A DNA stretch of 64,000 nt from Thiohalomonadales bacterium (GTDB lineage Bacteria; Pseudomonadota; Gammaproteobacteria; RBG-16-57-12): the NCBI GenBank assembly GCA_050295955.1, contig JBNKQQ010000076.1:18255-82254 (forward strand). Direction: 5' to 3'. The notes under the pieces are model-generated. The model saw nothing but the letters and a program-made list of their open reading frames with translations. It was not told the origin of the DNA and did no database searches. This document shows positions 7,649-16,705 of this stretch, in pieces. Each line of letters begins with the position of its first letter. Position 1 is the first letter of the stretch. The position numbers were made by a program, and so were the translations under genes.

Positions 7649-9480
7649 GAAAGCCGATTACGATTTTGCTTGTTGCAACTGGCCTTGTTCTGCAATTGAG
7701 TGCTTGTTCTAATGCGCCTAAGCAAGAGGATCCCTTAAAGAATACTAAGCAGCTGGTCAAACGTGGCCACGGTGATCTCTATGACAATGGCGCATTCCAG
7801 GTTCCCAATACCAAGATCTCACTGATACCTCCAGGCCCATCGGCCATGGAGTTCGCTAAAGAGCTGGCAGGTGTCCGTGCCCGTCAATCCTTTGAACAGT
7901 CCCTGGAAAATGCCCGTGATGCAGTCTATGTGGTAGCAGATGGGACCCGTAAAAGTTTTACCCTGGCATCCGAGCTACATGACGATACCAATGAGGTGGC
8001 AAATTACATTACAGCGCATTCACGGCCAAATAGTAAGTTATTAATATACAAAGCTTATCCCAAAACCAAAGAGATTATTGGCGAGAGTTGGCAGCTGGCT
8101 GACCGGGTTGCACATCGCATGGAGGAGGGGGCGAGCGGAATGATTGCAGGGGCTGCGGCAGCAGGAGAAGGAATGCGTGAAGCGGCCAAAGCCACTGAAG
8201 GGACATTGGGTAAGTCGTGGGAATTGGCTAAATCATTCTCCAGTGATACCAATGCGTTGGTCGGAGAGGGTTTTGCGACGGCCGGCGAGGCCTTTGTGCA
8301 AGGTTACGCAGCACTGCCCCGACGCCTATCCGAGCGCTGGGGAGCACAGAGTCAAAGTCCCACACTGGATAAATTTGCGGCCAATTATGAGGCTTCACTC
8401 GCCTATCGGGAATCTCGCTCCGAGTTTTATGGCGAGATGGTGAGCGCCTCCTTGAGTGATTATAGCGATGGGGTTTCCGACTCCTTTGCCAATGCGGCGG
8501 CGGCCTTTGATCAAGCGGGTGAAACCGGCTTCAGTCTTGCTACCTTGAAGGCGGCAAGGTGGGTGCTGCAGGGTATCTTTTGGGATGGTTTGATCAAGCC
8601 GGTGGGTGGTGCCACGGTTGGCTCGGTAGGCTATCTCACCGTTAATACAGTCACCTTCCCAGTGATGCTGGTAGCCAGTGAGAGTGTGCCGGTGGCTGAA
8701 GTGGCTGTTGAAGTGGCTTGGAACTCTGCGGCGACAGCCTATGAGGTGGTGGCGCCGACGGCTTCTGCTGCCGTGGCTTCATTGTTTAGTCTTACAGGGA
8801 TGGCCATTGGCCAAACAGCAGCGGGTGGCGCCATTGCGGGTGGTGCTATCGCAGAAGGGAGCGGCTATCTGGTGAAAGGTGCCGCGACGGTGGTTGAGAC
8901 AGGAGGCAAAGTAGCTGGCAAGAGTGTCAGTTACATTGGCGTCCCTCTTACCACAGCCGGCATCAAGATCGCCGGTAGTGCAGCGGGTGTTGTGGTGGGC
9001 GGTGCTCAGGCAGGTGCTGGCGGGGCACTGTTTATTGCCGGAGAGGGCGGGGCGCTTGCTACTCAGGCGGCAGGTAATCTCGCTGCGGGCACTACCTTGG
9101 CTGTCGGTACCGTAGCCTCGACTGTAGCCGGTGCTGGGCTGGGCGTTTATGAACTCTCCAAAGCCGTGGTAGTCCCGACCGGTTACACCTTGGGGAGTGG
9201 CATTGTGCTGGGCTACGGCACCACCTCTCAGTTGGCTGCTCACTCCATCCTAGCGGTTAGCGATGCTGCTTATTTGGTGCTCTCACTTGAAGGTCCTCGA
9301 TGGGTGGTTTATGCGGTCAAAGGTGACCTGAATAAGGGTGATGATTTGGCTGTAGGCACTATGCTGGATCTAGAGCAGATGCAGACGTCAGGTGAGACCT
9401 TCTATGAATTGCCGGTCTCTGATGAGGAGCTAAGCGGGCTACTCGAAGCATTGCCGGAAGAGCTGCCAGAAGCACCTTAA
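7645..9480 (+). CDS. Lipoprotein paralogue of the upstream gene; Gly/Ala-rich, with an acidic C-terminal tail.
   Basis: Lipobox LQLSAC at residues 16-21. The start overlaps the upstream stop (ATGA). A long G/A-rich glycine-zipper-like tract (AGGAIAGGAIAEGSG...GGAQAGAGGALFIAGEGG) sits before a C-terminal domain alignable to that of the 6182-7648 protein. Confidence 0.55.
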   Translation: MRKPITILLVATGLVLQLSACSNAPKQEDPLKNTKQLVKRGHGDLYDNGAFQVPNTKISLIPPGPSAMEFAKELAGVRARQSFEQSLENARDAVYVVADGTRKSFTLASELHDDTNEVANYITAHSRPNSKLLIYKAYPKTKEIIGESWQLADRVAHRMEEGASGMIAGAAAAGEGMREAAKATEGTLGKSWELAKSFSSDTNALVGEGFATAGEAFVQGYAALPRRLSERWGAQSQSPTLDKFAANYEASLAYRESRSEFYGEMVSASLSDYSDGVSDSFANAAAAFDQAGETGFSLATLKAARWVLQGIFWDGLIKPVGGATVGSVGYLTVNTVTFPVMLVASESVPVAEVAVEVAWNSAATAYEVVAPTASAAVASLFSLTGMAIGQTAAGGAIAGGAIAEGSGYLVKGAATVVETGGKVAGKSVSYIGVPLTTAGIKIAGSAAGVVVGGAQAGAGGALFIAGEGGALATQAAGNLAAGTTLAVGTVASTVAGAGLGVYELSKAVVVPTGYTLGSGIVLGYGTTSQLAAHSILAVSDAAYLVLSLEGPRWVVYAVKGDLNKGDDLAVGTMLDLEQMQTSGETFYELPVSDEELSGLLEALPEELPEAP

Positions 9481-9682
9481 ATGGCCTATGGGTTTAGGGG
9501 GGGATTGTCGTGTTTGCAACCAACGATACCCCACATCCCTTTGTGTTATCGATTTATTATTTACTGATTTCACTACCCTTTTAATCCAATTCTAACAATT
9601 GGTCTGCTTTTTGCTGATGTAGTCAATTGTCATTTATGACAATGGGTTATATACATAAAAGTAAGTTAATGGAGCATTTACG

Positions 9683-9901
9683 ATGTCTGTAGAACAGATC
9701 AAAGCATTTTCAGAAAAGGCCAAAACGGATAGCGAATTGGGTGAGAAACTGAAGGCGTGTGAGAAGCTACGTGAGCTGATCTCCCTTGCCAAGGAGAGCG
9801 GTTTCAGCGTTGAAGAGGACCTTTTCTATCCACCTAATGAGCCTCAGTTCAGCGAAGAGCAGCTTTCTATCAAGCTGGCTAACGCACTGCTTCGGGCATA
9901 A
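9683..9901 (+). CDS. Nif11-family small protein (Nif11-like leader-peptide-type domain).
   Basis: MSVEQIKAFSEKAKTDSELGEKLKACEKLRELISLAKESGFSVEEDL matches the Nif11/N11P domain pattern (MSEEQLKAFLEKVK.D..LQEKLKAA......V.IAKEAGF). It is 72 aa, with a 24-aa C-terminal extension. Confidence 0.55.
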   Translation: MSVEQIKAFSEKAKTDSELGEKLKACEKLRELISLAKESGFSVEEDLFYPPNEPQFSEEQLSIKLANALLRA

Positions 9902-10051
9902 TGGCCCAGGAGGTTTCACTCTTTTATGTAAGAGTGAGGCCTCGCCCTCTCTTCACCATTGTCATAAATTGGTAACCATCATCACGGCACAATCACTCCT
10001 TTCGTTTCCATCGCATTTCGCCGAAGACCGGCCCATGACTGAAGCAAAGGC

Positions 10052-11101
10052 ATGCCACATCTGCGTAAAACCTATCGCCACAGCAATGTTGTTCAACCAA
10101 TACTTGAAGAGATAGAGGGCCTGGTCGCCCGCTCTAATGGTTTAGCCCGTTGCCATACCGTGGCAACCGTTGAGATAGATGGCATTACCCTGCCTCTCTA
10201 TGCAGTTACCCTTGGTAGTCAGGACCCTTCGGCCCCTACCCTTGGCTTATTCGGCGGGATACATGGCGTTGAGCGTATTGGCAGTGAAGTGGTGCTGGCT
10301 TATATGCATGCGCTGATTGAGGGGGCGAATTGGAATGAAGCGATCCATGCATTGCTGGAGCGGGTGCGTATCGTGCTGATGCCGGTGATTAATCCTGGGG
10401 GGATGTGTCAGAACAGTCGGTGCAATCCCAATGGGGTGGATCTGATGCGTAATGCACCGCTGAAGGCGGAGAGCCGGGTACCACTGTTGCTTGGCGGGCA
10501 GCGTATTAGCCGTCATCTGCCCTGGTACCGTGGTCGTATTGGGGAGGCGATGCAGCCCGAGGCTCAGGCCGTGTGCCAGGTGGTGGAGCAGTATCTGTTG
10601 CCAAGTCATTTCAGCATTGCTCTGGATTGCCACTCCGGCTATGGGCGGAGTGACTATCTTTGGTTTCCCTATGCCTATAGCCGTCGTCCTTTTGAGAATG
10701 TGGCGGAGATTCGCTGCTTAGCCAAGCTGTTCAATCGCACCTATCCCAACCATACTATCTATAAGATTGAGCCCCAGTCTCACCACTACACCACTCATGG
10801 CGATCTGTGGGACTACCTCTATCTCCATTCGCAGCGCTTCCAGGGAACCTTTCTGCCCTTGACGTTGGAGATGGGCTCTTGGTCGTGGATACGGAAAAAT
10901 CCTCGTCAGCTGTTCCGTTTCGCAACACTGTTTAATCCGGTCTTGCCTCACCGTCACCGCCGAATCCTGCGTCGTCACTTGATCCTGTTCGAGTTCCTGT
11001 TGAATGCGGTCAGCAATTATCAGAATTGGCAACCCAGCGAGGAGGAGCGGCAGCGTCTACACTGGGAGGCAATTCAACGTTGGTATCCAGACCATGGCTG
11101 A
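10052..11101 (+). CDS. Succinylglutamate desuccinylase/aspartoacylase (AstE/AspA, M14-like) family zinc hydrolase.
   Basis: It carries a GGIHGVE (HxxE zinc ligand) motif and, later, DCHSG (the second His) in the spacing typical of the AstE_AspA family. Confidence 0.45.
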   Translation: MPHLRKTYRHSNVVQPILEEIEGLVARSNGLARCHTVATVEIDGITLPLYAVTLGSQDPSAPTLGLFGGIHGVERIGSEVVLAYMHALIEGANWNEAIHALLERVRIVLMPVINPGGMCQNSRCNPNGVDLMRNAPLKAESRVPLLLGGQRISRHLPWYRGRIGEAMQPEAQAVCQVVEQYLLPSHFSIALDCHSGYGRSDYLWFPYAYSRRPFENVAEIRCLAKLFNRTYPNHTIYKIEPQSHHYTTHGDLWDYLYLHSQRFQGTFLPLTLEMGSWSWIRKNPRQLFRFATLFNPVLPHRHRRILRRHLILFEFLLNAVSNYQNWQPSEEERQRLHWEAIQRWYPDHG

Positions 11102-11849
11102 GTCTCTCACCTTTATTCTGCTGCGGGGGCTGACCCGTGAGCAGCGCCATTGGGGGGAATTTCCCTCTCTGCTACAGGCGCATTTCCCTGAGAGTCAGAT
11201 TATTACCCCGGATCTGCCGGGGTGTGGCAGTCGATGCCAAGAGATCAGCCCGACCCAGATTCCAGATATTACCGAGTCGGTACGCGCCCAGCTACCCACG
11301 TTGAGCAATCACCGTTATCTCTTTATTGGTCTCTCTTTGGGCGCGATGGTCTGTATCGATTGGTTGAGCCGCCACCCAGAAGAGTGTGCTGGTGCAGTAT
11401 TGATCAACACCAGCCTTCGGGGTATCAACCCTCTTTACTATCGACTACGTCCCGCTAATCTGCCATCGCTTGCGAGAAGTATGCTGGAGATGGATCCTGT
11501 ACGGCGAGAGGCTCGTATTTTGGCGATGACCTCGGCCAACTATCCTAAGGATCAGGCCATTATTCAGGCGTGGGCTACCTATGTCCGCCAGCAGCCGGTA
11601 TCCCGCGCTAACGCGCTCCGCCAGCTATTGGCAGCAGCACGCTTTGTCGCACCAAATGAGCGGCCTGGCGGTCCGCTGTTACTGCTTAATGGGGTTAAGG
11701 ATCGCTTAGTCAATCCGGCGTGTTCGCAACAGATTGCTGAGCATTGGCACACACCTCTGCGACAGCATCCAACGGCAGGACATGACTTGCCGTTGGATGC
11801 GCCACAGTGGGTGGTTGAACAGATTGTGCAGTGGATCGGGGAGCCGTGA
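11094..11849 (+). CDS. Alpha/beta-hydrolase fold protein.
   Basis: GLSLG nucleophile elbow (GxSxG). The start overlaps the upstream stop (ATGGCTGA), which indicates an operon with the AstE/AspA-like gene. Confidence 0.6.
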   Translation: MAESLTFILLRGLTREQRHWGEFPSLLQAHFPESQIITPDLPGCGSRCQEISPTQIPDITESVRAQLPTLSNHRYLFIGLSLGAMVCIDWLSRHPEECAGAVLINTSLRGINPLYYRLRPANLPSLARSMLEMDPVRREARILAMTSANYPKDQAIIQAWATYVRQQPVSRANALRQLLAAARFVAPNERPGGPLLLLNGVKDRLVNPACSQQIAEHWHTPLRQHPTAGHDLPLDAPQWVVEQIVQWIGEP

Positions 11850-11852
11850 AGG

Positions 11853-12323
11853 CTAGGGTGAAACCTGAATGGTGAAACTTTGATGGCAGTTGTTGCACTG
11901 CTGCAGGGTTGAGTCTAACAGTGCCAATATTCCCTCCTGCTCTCCCGTTTCGGCTTTGGCGGCAATCTCATCAAATTTGCCATGGGCAGTAAAGCCCAGT
12001 TGGCGGAATTCCATGGGCAGCTTGGCCATTAAGGTGACAGGGGTGCCGGTCTCATTATGGGTACCGGCAACCTGGGCAGCCGTGACCACTTGAGTCAAGT
12101 CTCCTACGGCAAGGCCTTGAGTAATCTGTTGTAAGCTGCTGAGAAAAGTACGCATGCCGTTACGGATGTGTGCCGCTTCTGTGGCTGTCACCGTGATGGC
12201 TTGGCGCCCATCTTCTGCTTGGGTGGTATCGTTGCCTATCAGGAATTTGTAGATCAGTCCTGCCAGGATGACAGAGAGCAGAATGGTGAGAATCTGGTAG
12301 GTACGGGCGTGGAGTGGTTTCAT
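11853..12323 (-). CDS. Membrane-anchored cytochrome c' (class II cytochrome c / cytochrome b562 family).
   Basis: N-terminal signal-anchor helix. A single CNNCH haem motif about 10 residues from the C-terminus, as in four-helix-bundle cytochromes c'. Confidence 0.5.
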   Translation of the reverse strand: MKPLHARTYQILTILLSVILAGLIYKFLIGNDTTQAEDGRQAITVTATEAAHIRNGMRTFLSSLQQITQGLAVGDLTQVVTAAQVAGTHNETGTPVTLMAKLPMEFRQLGFTAHGKFDEIAAKAETGEQEGILALLDSTLQQCNNCHQSFTIQVSP

Positions 12324-12398
12324 GTTACTTATAGGTTCCGGTCAATTGATATTTGGCGCCTTGCGAGGGGGCTAAATGGAGATAGCCCCCTTTGGCTC

Positions 12399-12530
12399 GA
12401 ATGCTGTTCAGTTAACAAGAAAATTGCTGTCATGCCGGGCTTGCCCCGGTATCCATGCCTATTTGTGAGCACATCAGCATGGATCCTGAATCAAGTTCAG
12501 GATGACGCAACACTTAACTGAACAGCATTG
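12399..12530. mobile_element. MITE-like miniature inverted-repeat element (non-autonomous).
   Basis: 16-bp perfect terminal inverted repeats, AATGCTGTTCAGTTAA (12400-12415) and TTAACTGAACAGCATT (12514-12529). They are flanked by an 11-bp direct repeat CCCTTTGGCTC (12388-12398 and 12531-12541), a candidate target-site duplication. The interior carries extra hairpins and no ORF. Confidence 0.4.
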
Positions 12531-12547
12531 CCCTTTGGCTCTACTGT

Positions 12548-14581
12548 TTAGGCGGTGATACCACTGTGTCTTAGCAGCGCATCAATACTGGGTTCACGGC
12601 CACGGAACTCGATAAACAGTTCCATAGGCTCTTTGGATCCTCCCTGCTCCAGGATGGCACTGAGGAAGCGCTCGCCGGTTTCAGGGTCAAAGATACCGTT
12701 TTCTTCAAACAGTGAGAAGGCATCAGAAGAGAGTACCTCTGCCCATTTGTAGCTGTAGTAGCCTGCCGCATAGCCACCGGCAAAGATATGGCTGAAGCTA
12801 TGGGGGAAGCGGTTGAAGCTGGGGGGATTGAGTACCGCTACCTGTTGGCGTACCTCGTCCAGCAGGCCGTAGATGTTGGCCTCACCCTCTGGGTCGTACT
12901 CTTTGTGCAGGCGGAAGTCGAACAAGGCGAACTCTAGCTGTCGCACCATCTGCATACCGGACTGGAAATTCTTGGCGGCAATCATCTTGTCGAACAACTC
13001 GTCAGGGATTTTCTCACCGGTCTGGTAGTGGGCCGCGAACAGATCCAGTGCCTCGCGCTGCCAGCACCAGTTTTCCAGGAACTGGCTGGGCAGTTCTACT
13101 GCATCCCAGGCCACCCCTGAGATACCCGCTACTGAGGGGTAGTCCACCTGGGTGAGCATGTGGTGGATGCCATGACCGAATTCATGGAATAGGGTCTGCA
13201 CCTCGTCGTGGGTGAGCAGTGCCGGACTGTTACCCACTGGCGGGGTGAAGTTACACACCAGATAGGCGACTGGGTGCTGCACGCCATCTTTGTGATTGCG
13301 ACGACAGATACAGTCATCCATCCAGGCGCCGCCGCGTTTTTGCGAGCGGGCATAGGGGTCGAGATAGAACTGGCCACGCAGCTGCCCGTTGGCATCATGG
13401 ATCTTGAAGAACAAGACATCTGGATGCCAGGTGTCTACACCCTCTACCGGTGTGACTTTCATACCAAATAGGCGCTGAACTGTCTCAAACATTCCAGAAA
13501 TAACGCGATTGGCGGGGAAATAGGGTTTTAAATCCTCTTGAGAGATGGCGTATTGGTGCTGGCGAAGCTTCTCTCCCCAATAGGTGATGTCCCACGCTTC
13601 AAGCGTTTCCTGATAACCACTCTGCTGGGCAAAGGCGCGGACCTCCTCCAGCTCTTTCTTGGCCATGGGCAGGGAGCGCTTTGCCAGATCTTCCAGAAAG
13701 CCGATGACTTGATTGGTATCACTGGCCATCTTGGTGGCCAGGGAATATTCGGCATAGTTGGCAAAGCCTAGCAGCTGGGCCATTTCATGGCGTAGAGAGA
13801 GAATCTGCTCCATAAGGGGACCGTTATCCCACTTACCGGCATTCGGGCCTTCATCCGAGGCACGGGTGACATAGGCGGTATACATCTCACGACGCAGTTC
13901 ACGATCATCTGCATAGGTCATTACCGGTAGGTAATAGGGGAATTCCAGCTTGAATAGCCAGCCCTCGACCCCTGCTTGTTCCGCAGCCTGCTTGGCGAGA
14001 CCCAGGGCACTTTCCGGCAGGCCGGCAAGACGGGATTTATCGGTGATGTTGAGGCTCCAACCGTCAGTGGCATCCAGCAGGTTCTGGCTGAACTCAGTGG
14101 TGAGTTGAGAGAGGGCTTGCACAATGGATTTGTAACGTTCCTGGTCTTCAGGACTCAGATCAATACCGGAGAGACGGAAGTCACGTAGCGTGTTTTCCAC
14201 AATCTTGCGCTGGGCTGTGTTGAGCAGTGAAGACTTGGACTCCAGCTGTTTGAAGGCGGCACAGAGCTGAGGATTTTGAGCCACTTCGGTGTTATAGGCA
14301 GAGAGTTTTGGCAGACAGGCGCTGTAGGCTTGGTGAAGGGCTTCTGAGTTAACCACTGAGTGCATATGACCGATTGGCGACCAAGCGCGGGAGAGGTGGT
14401 CATCCAGCTCTTCCAGGGGCTGGGCCAGATTTTCCCAGGTGTATTCACTATTGTTATCCAGAAGTTGATGGATGGTTGCTCTGGCTTCTGAAAGCAGTTG
14501 GTCGATGGCTGGTTCGATATGCTCGGGTTGGATTTGTGAGAAGGGAGGAAGGCCCTTCATCGTTAGAATAGGGTTATTCAT
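12548..14581 (-). CDS. prlC: Oligopeptidase A (M3 family).
   Basis: 677 aa, with an HEFGHGIHH zinc motif and M3A-family architecture. The length matches PrlC. Confidence 0.9.
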   Translation of the reverse strand: MNNPILTMKGLPPFSQIQPEHIEPAIDQLLSEARATIHQLLDNNSEYTWENLAQPLEELDDHLSRAWSPIGHMHSVVNSEALHQAYSACLPKLSAYNTEVAQNPQLCAAFKQLESKSSLLNTAQRKIVENTLRDFRLSGIDLSPEDQERYKSIVQALSQLTTEFSQNLLDATDGWSLNITDKSRLAGLPESALGLAKQAAEQAGVEGWLFKLEFPYYLPVMTYADDRELRREMYTAYVTRASDEGPNAGKWDNGPLMEQILSLRHEMAQLLGFANYAEYSLATKMASDTNQVIGFLEDLAKRSLPMAKKELEEVRAFAQQSGYQETLEAWDITYWGEKLRQHQYAISQEDLKPYFPANRVISGMFETVQRLFGMKVTPVEGVDTWHPDVLFFKIHDANGQLRGQFYLDPYARSQKRGGAWMDDCICRRNHKDGVQHPVAYLVCNFTPPVGNSPALLTHDEVQTLFHEFGHGIHHMLTQVDYPSVAGISGVAWDAVELPSQFLENWCWQREALDLFAAHYQTGEKIPDELFDKMIAAKNFQSGMQMVRQLEFALFDFRLHKEYDPEGEANIYGLLDEVRQQVAVLNPPSFNRFPHSFSHIFAGGYAAGYYSYKWAEVLSSDAFSLFEENGIFDPETGERFLSAILEQGGSKEPMELFIEFRGREPSIDALLRHSGITA

Positions 14582-14638
14582 TTGCCGCCTTTGTTTGAAT
14601 GTCTATAAGCCTGTTAGCTAGGCTACTTGAGTGACGGA

Positions 14639-15202
14639 CTAAATCCAATAGGTTGGATAGTGCCGTTTGGGGTTACTGGATAGATTATTCACTAGTAGTG
14701 CGATGATCAATAAGATAATAGCGCCAGATGCAACGGGTGTTAATACAAACCAATATCCAACTTGAGTAATTTGTGGGCCACCTATTACTGCAATCAGTGC
14801 AGTGGCACCACCTGGCGGGTGTAGTGTGCGGCTATAGTGCATGGCGAGCACAGAGAGGGACACAGCAAGTGCGCAAGCTAAGCCAATATCCAATGTGATG
14901 AGCTTGGCACAAGTGACACCGACTATGGCAGAGATAAGATGGCCACCGACTAAATTACGCGGTTGGGAAAAGTCAGCCATTGGCGCACCATAGATCAGTA
15001 CGGCAGAGGCGCCAAAGGAGCCAATCAGGAAGAGACTATTTATGAGGGAACTCTGTGCAAGCAGGGTAATGGCATAAATACCCAGAAAAGCACCTAGCCA
15101 AGACCACATCAGCTTACTGAGTGGCTTACGAGGAGGGCAGCGACCACTTCCTTTTAATCGTGAAAAATAGGGCTTGAGCATAGAGTATGTATCCATGGAC
15201 AA
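14639..15202 (-). CDS. HPP-family integral membrane protein.
   Basis: Four to five predicted hydrophobic helices and a conserved HPPGGAT motif. Confidence 0.55.
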   Translation of the reverse strand: MSMDTYSMLKPYFSRLKGSGRCPPRKPLSKLMWSWLGAFLGIYAITLLAQSSLINSLFLIGSFGASAVLIYGAPMADFSQPRNLVGGHLISAIVGVTCAKLITLDIGLACALAVSLSVLAMHYSRTLHPPGGATALIAVIGGPQITQVGYWFVLTPVASGAIILLIIALLVNNLSSNPKRHYPTYWI

Positions 15203-15315
15203 GTTGAAGAAATTATTGCACCACTATAGTGCAAAAGAAGATAAATCACCATACTGGTGTGAATGATGAATTGTCTGACTGAAGAAGAGAGCTGGCTTCG
15301 AAATAACGACAAGGT

Positions 15316-16701
15316 ATGATGAGTCAAAAGCCTTTAATTAAGGAGAGAGCGTTGACGACACATTTTGATTTAATTGCGATTGGTGGCGGTAGTGGTGGTC
15401 TTTCCGTGGCTGAGCGAGCAGCCAGCTACGGTGCGAAGACCGCGGTGATAGAGATGAACAAGCTGGGGGGCACCTGTGTCAATGTGGGTTGTGTTCCTAA
15501 AAAGGTGATGTGGTATGCCGCAGATGTGGCGCATCATTTGGATAATGCCGCTGATTACGGTTTTTCCATAGAGCGTAAAGGGTTCAATTGGGCCAAGTTG
15601 GTGGAGAACCGCGAGGGCTATATCCAAGGCATATTGAACTGGTATGGCGGTTATTTGGGCGATTCTAATGTGACCCATCTGCAAGGGGCAGCCAAGTTTG
15701 TTGATGCCCACACTCTTGAAGTGGACGGGGAGCGTTACACGGCAGATCACATTGTTATCTCAACTGGCGGTCGCCCCACCATTCCTGGTGTTCAGGGGGC
15801 AGATCTTGGTGTTACCTCCGATGGCTTTTTTGCCCTTGAGCAGCAGCCTAAGCGAGTGGCTATTGTGGGGGCGGGTTATATTGCGGTTGAGCTGGCGGGT
15901 TTGATGAATGCATTGGGATCCGAGGTTTCACTGCTGCTGCGTCGTGAGCATTTTCTGGGGAGCTTTGATGCTATGCTGCGGGAGACGTTGATGGAGCAGA
16001 TGGTGGATGACGGTGTGAATATTATTCCGCGTTTCTCTACTGAGAAGGTCACCAAAGAGGCGGATGGTAGTCTTACTTTACATAGTTCAGAGGGCGTTAC
16101 AGTCGGCAATTTGGACTGTCTTGTCTGGGCAATTGGTCGCAGTCCCAATACTGACAATATCAATATCGAAGCCAGTGGCGTGGAGACTCAGCCCGATGGC
16201 ATGATTCCCACTGATCTGTTCCAAAATACTAATGTACCAGGTGTTTATGCGATTGGGGATATTACTGGTCGAGCACAGCTCACTCCTGTCGCGATTGCCG
16301 CTGGTCGGCGTCTTGCGGATCGACTGTTTAACAATATGCCTGAGCGCCGTCTGGAGTATGAGAATATTCCCACGGTCATGTTTAGCCACCCACCTATCGG
16401 TACGGTTGGCCTGACAGAGGAGCAGGCTCGGGCAGAGCATGGTGATGCAGTGAAGGTTTATCAAACCCGCTTTACCCCCATGTCCCATGCGTTTACCAAA
16501 CACAAGGTGGCAACTGCCATGAAACTGATTTGTGTCGGTGTGCAGGAAAAAGTGGTGGGTATTCATATGATTGGTCCTGGCTGTGATGAGATGCTGCAAG
16601 GCTTTGCCGTGGCACTAAAGATGGGGGCTACAAAGACCGATCTGGATAACACTGTGGCGATACATCCCTGTAGCGCAGAAGAGTTGGTAACCATGAGGTA
16701 A
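15316..16701 (+). CDS. gor: Glutathione-disulfide reductase.
   Basis: [13 protein letters not shown] redox-active disulfide motif. FAD and NADPH Rossmann motifs plus a dimerisation domain. 461 aa. Confidence 0.9.
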   Translation: MMSQKPLIKERALTTHFDLIAIGGGSGGLSVAERAASYGAKTAVIEMNKLGGTCVNVGCVPKKVMWYAADVAHHLDNAADYGFSIERKGFNWAKLVENREGYIQGILNWYGGYLGDSNVTHLQGAAKFVDAHTLEVDGERYTADHIVISTGGRPTIPGVQGADLGVTSDGFFALEQQPKRVAIVGAGYIAVELAGLMNALGSEVSLLLRREHFLGSFDAMLRETLMEQMVDDGVNIIPRFSTEKVTKEADGSLTLHSSEGVTVGNLDCLVWAIGRSPNTDNINIEASGVETQPDGMIPTDLFQNTNVPGVYAIGDITGRAQLTPVAIAAGRRLADRLFNNMPERRLEYENIPTVMFSHPPIGTVGLTEEQARAEHGDAVKVYQTRFTPMSHAFTKHKVATAMKLICVGVQEKVVGIHMIGPGCDEMLQGFAVALKMGATKTDLDNTVAIHPCSAEELVTMR

Positions 16702-16705
16702 TTAA

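Noticed and set aside
9683-9901. The Nif11-like ORF as a classical lanthipeptide/prochlorosin-type precursor.
   Set aside because: There is no GG/GA leader cleavage motif. There is no Cys/Ser/Thr-rich core. No LanM, LanB/C or cyclodehydratase gene lies nearby. I kept it only as an atypical candidate.
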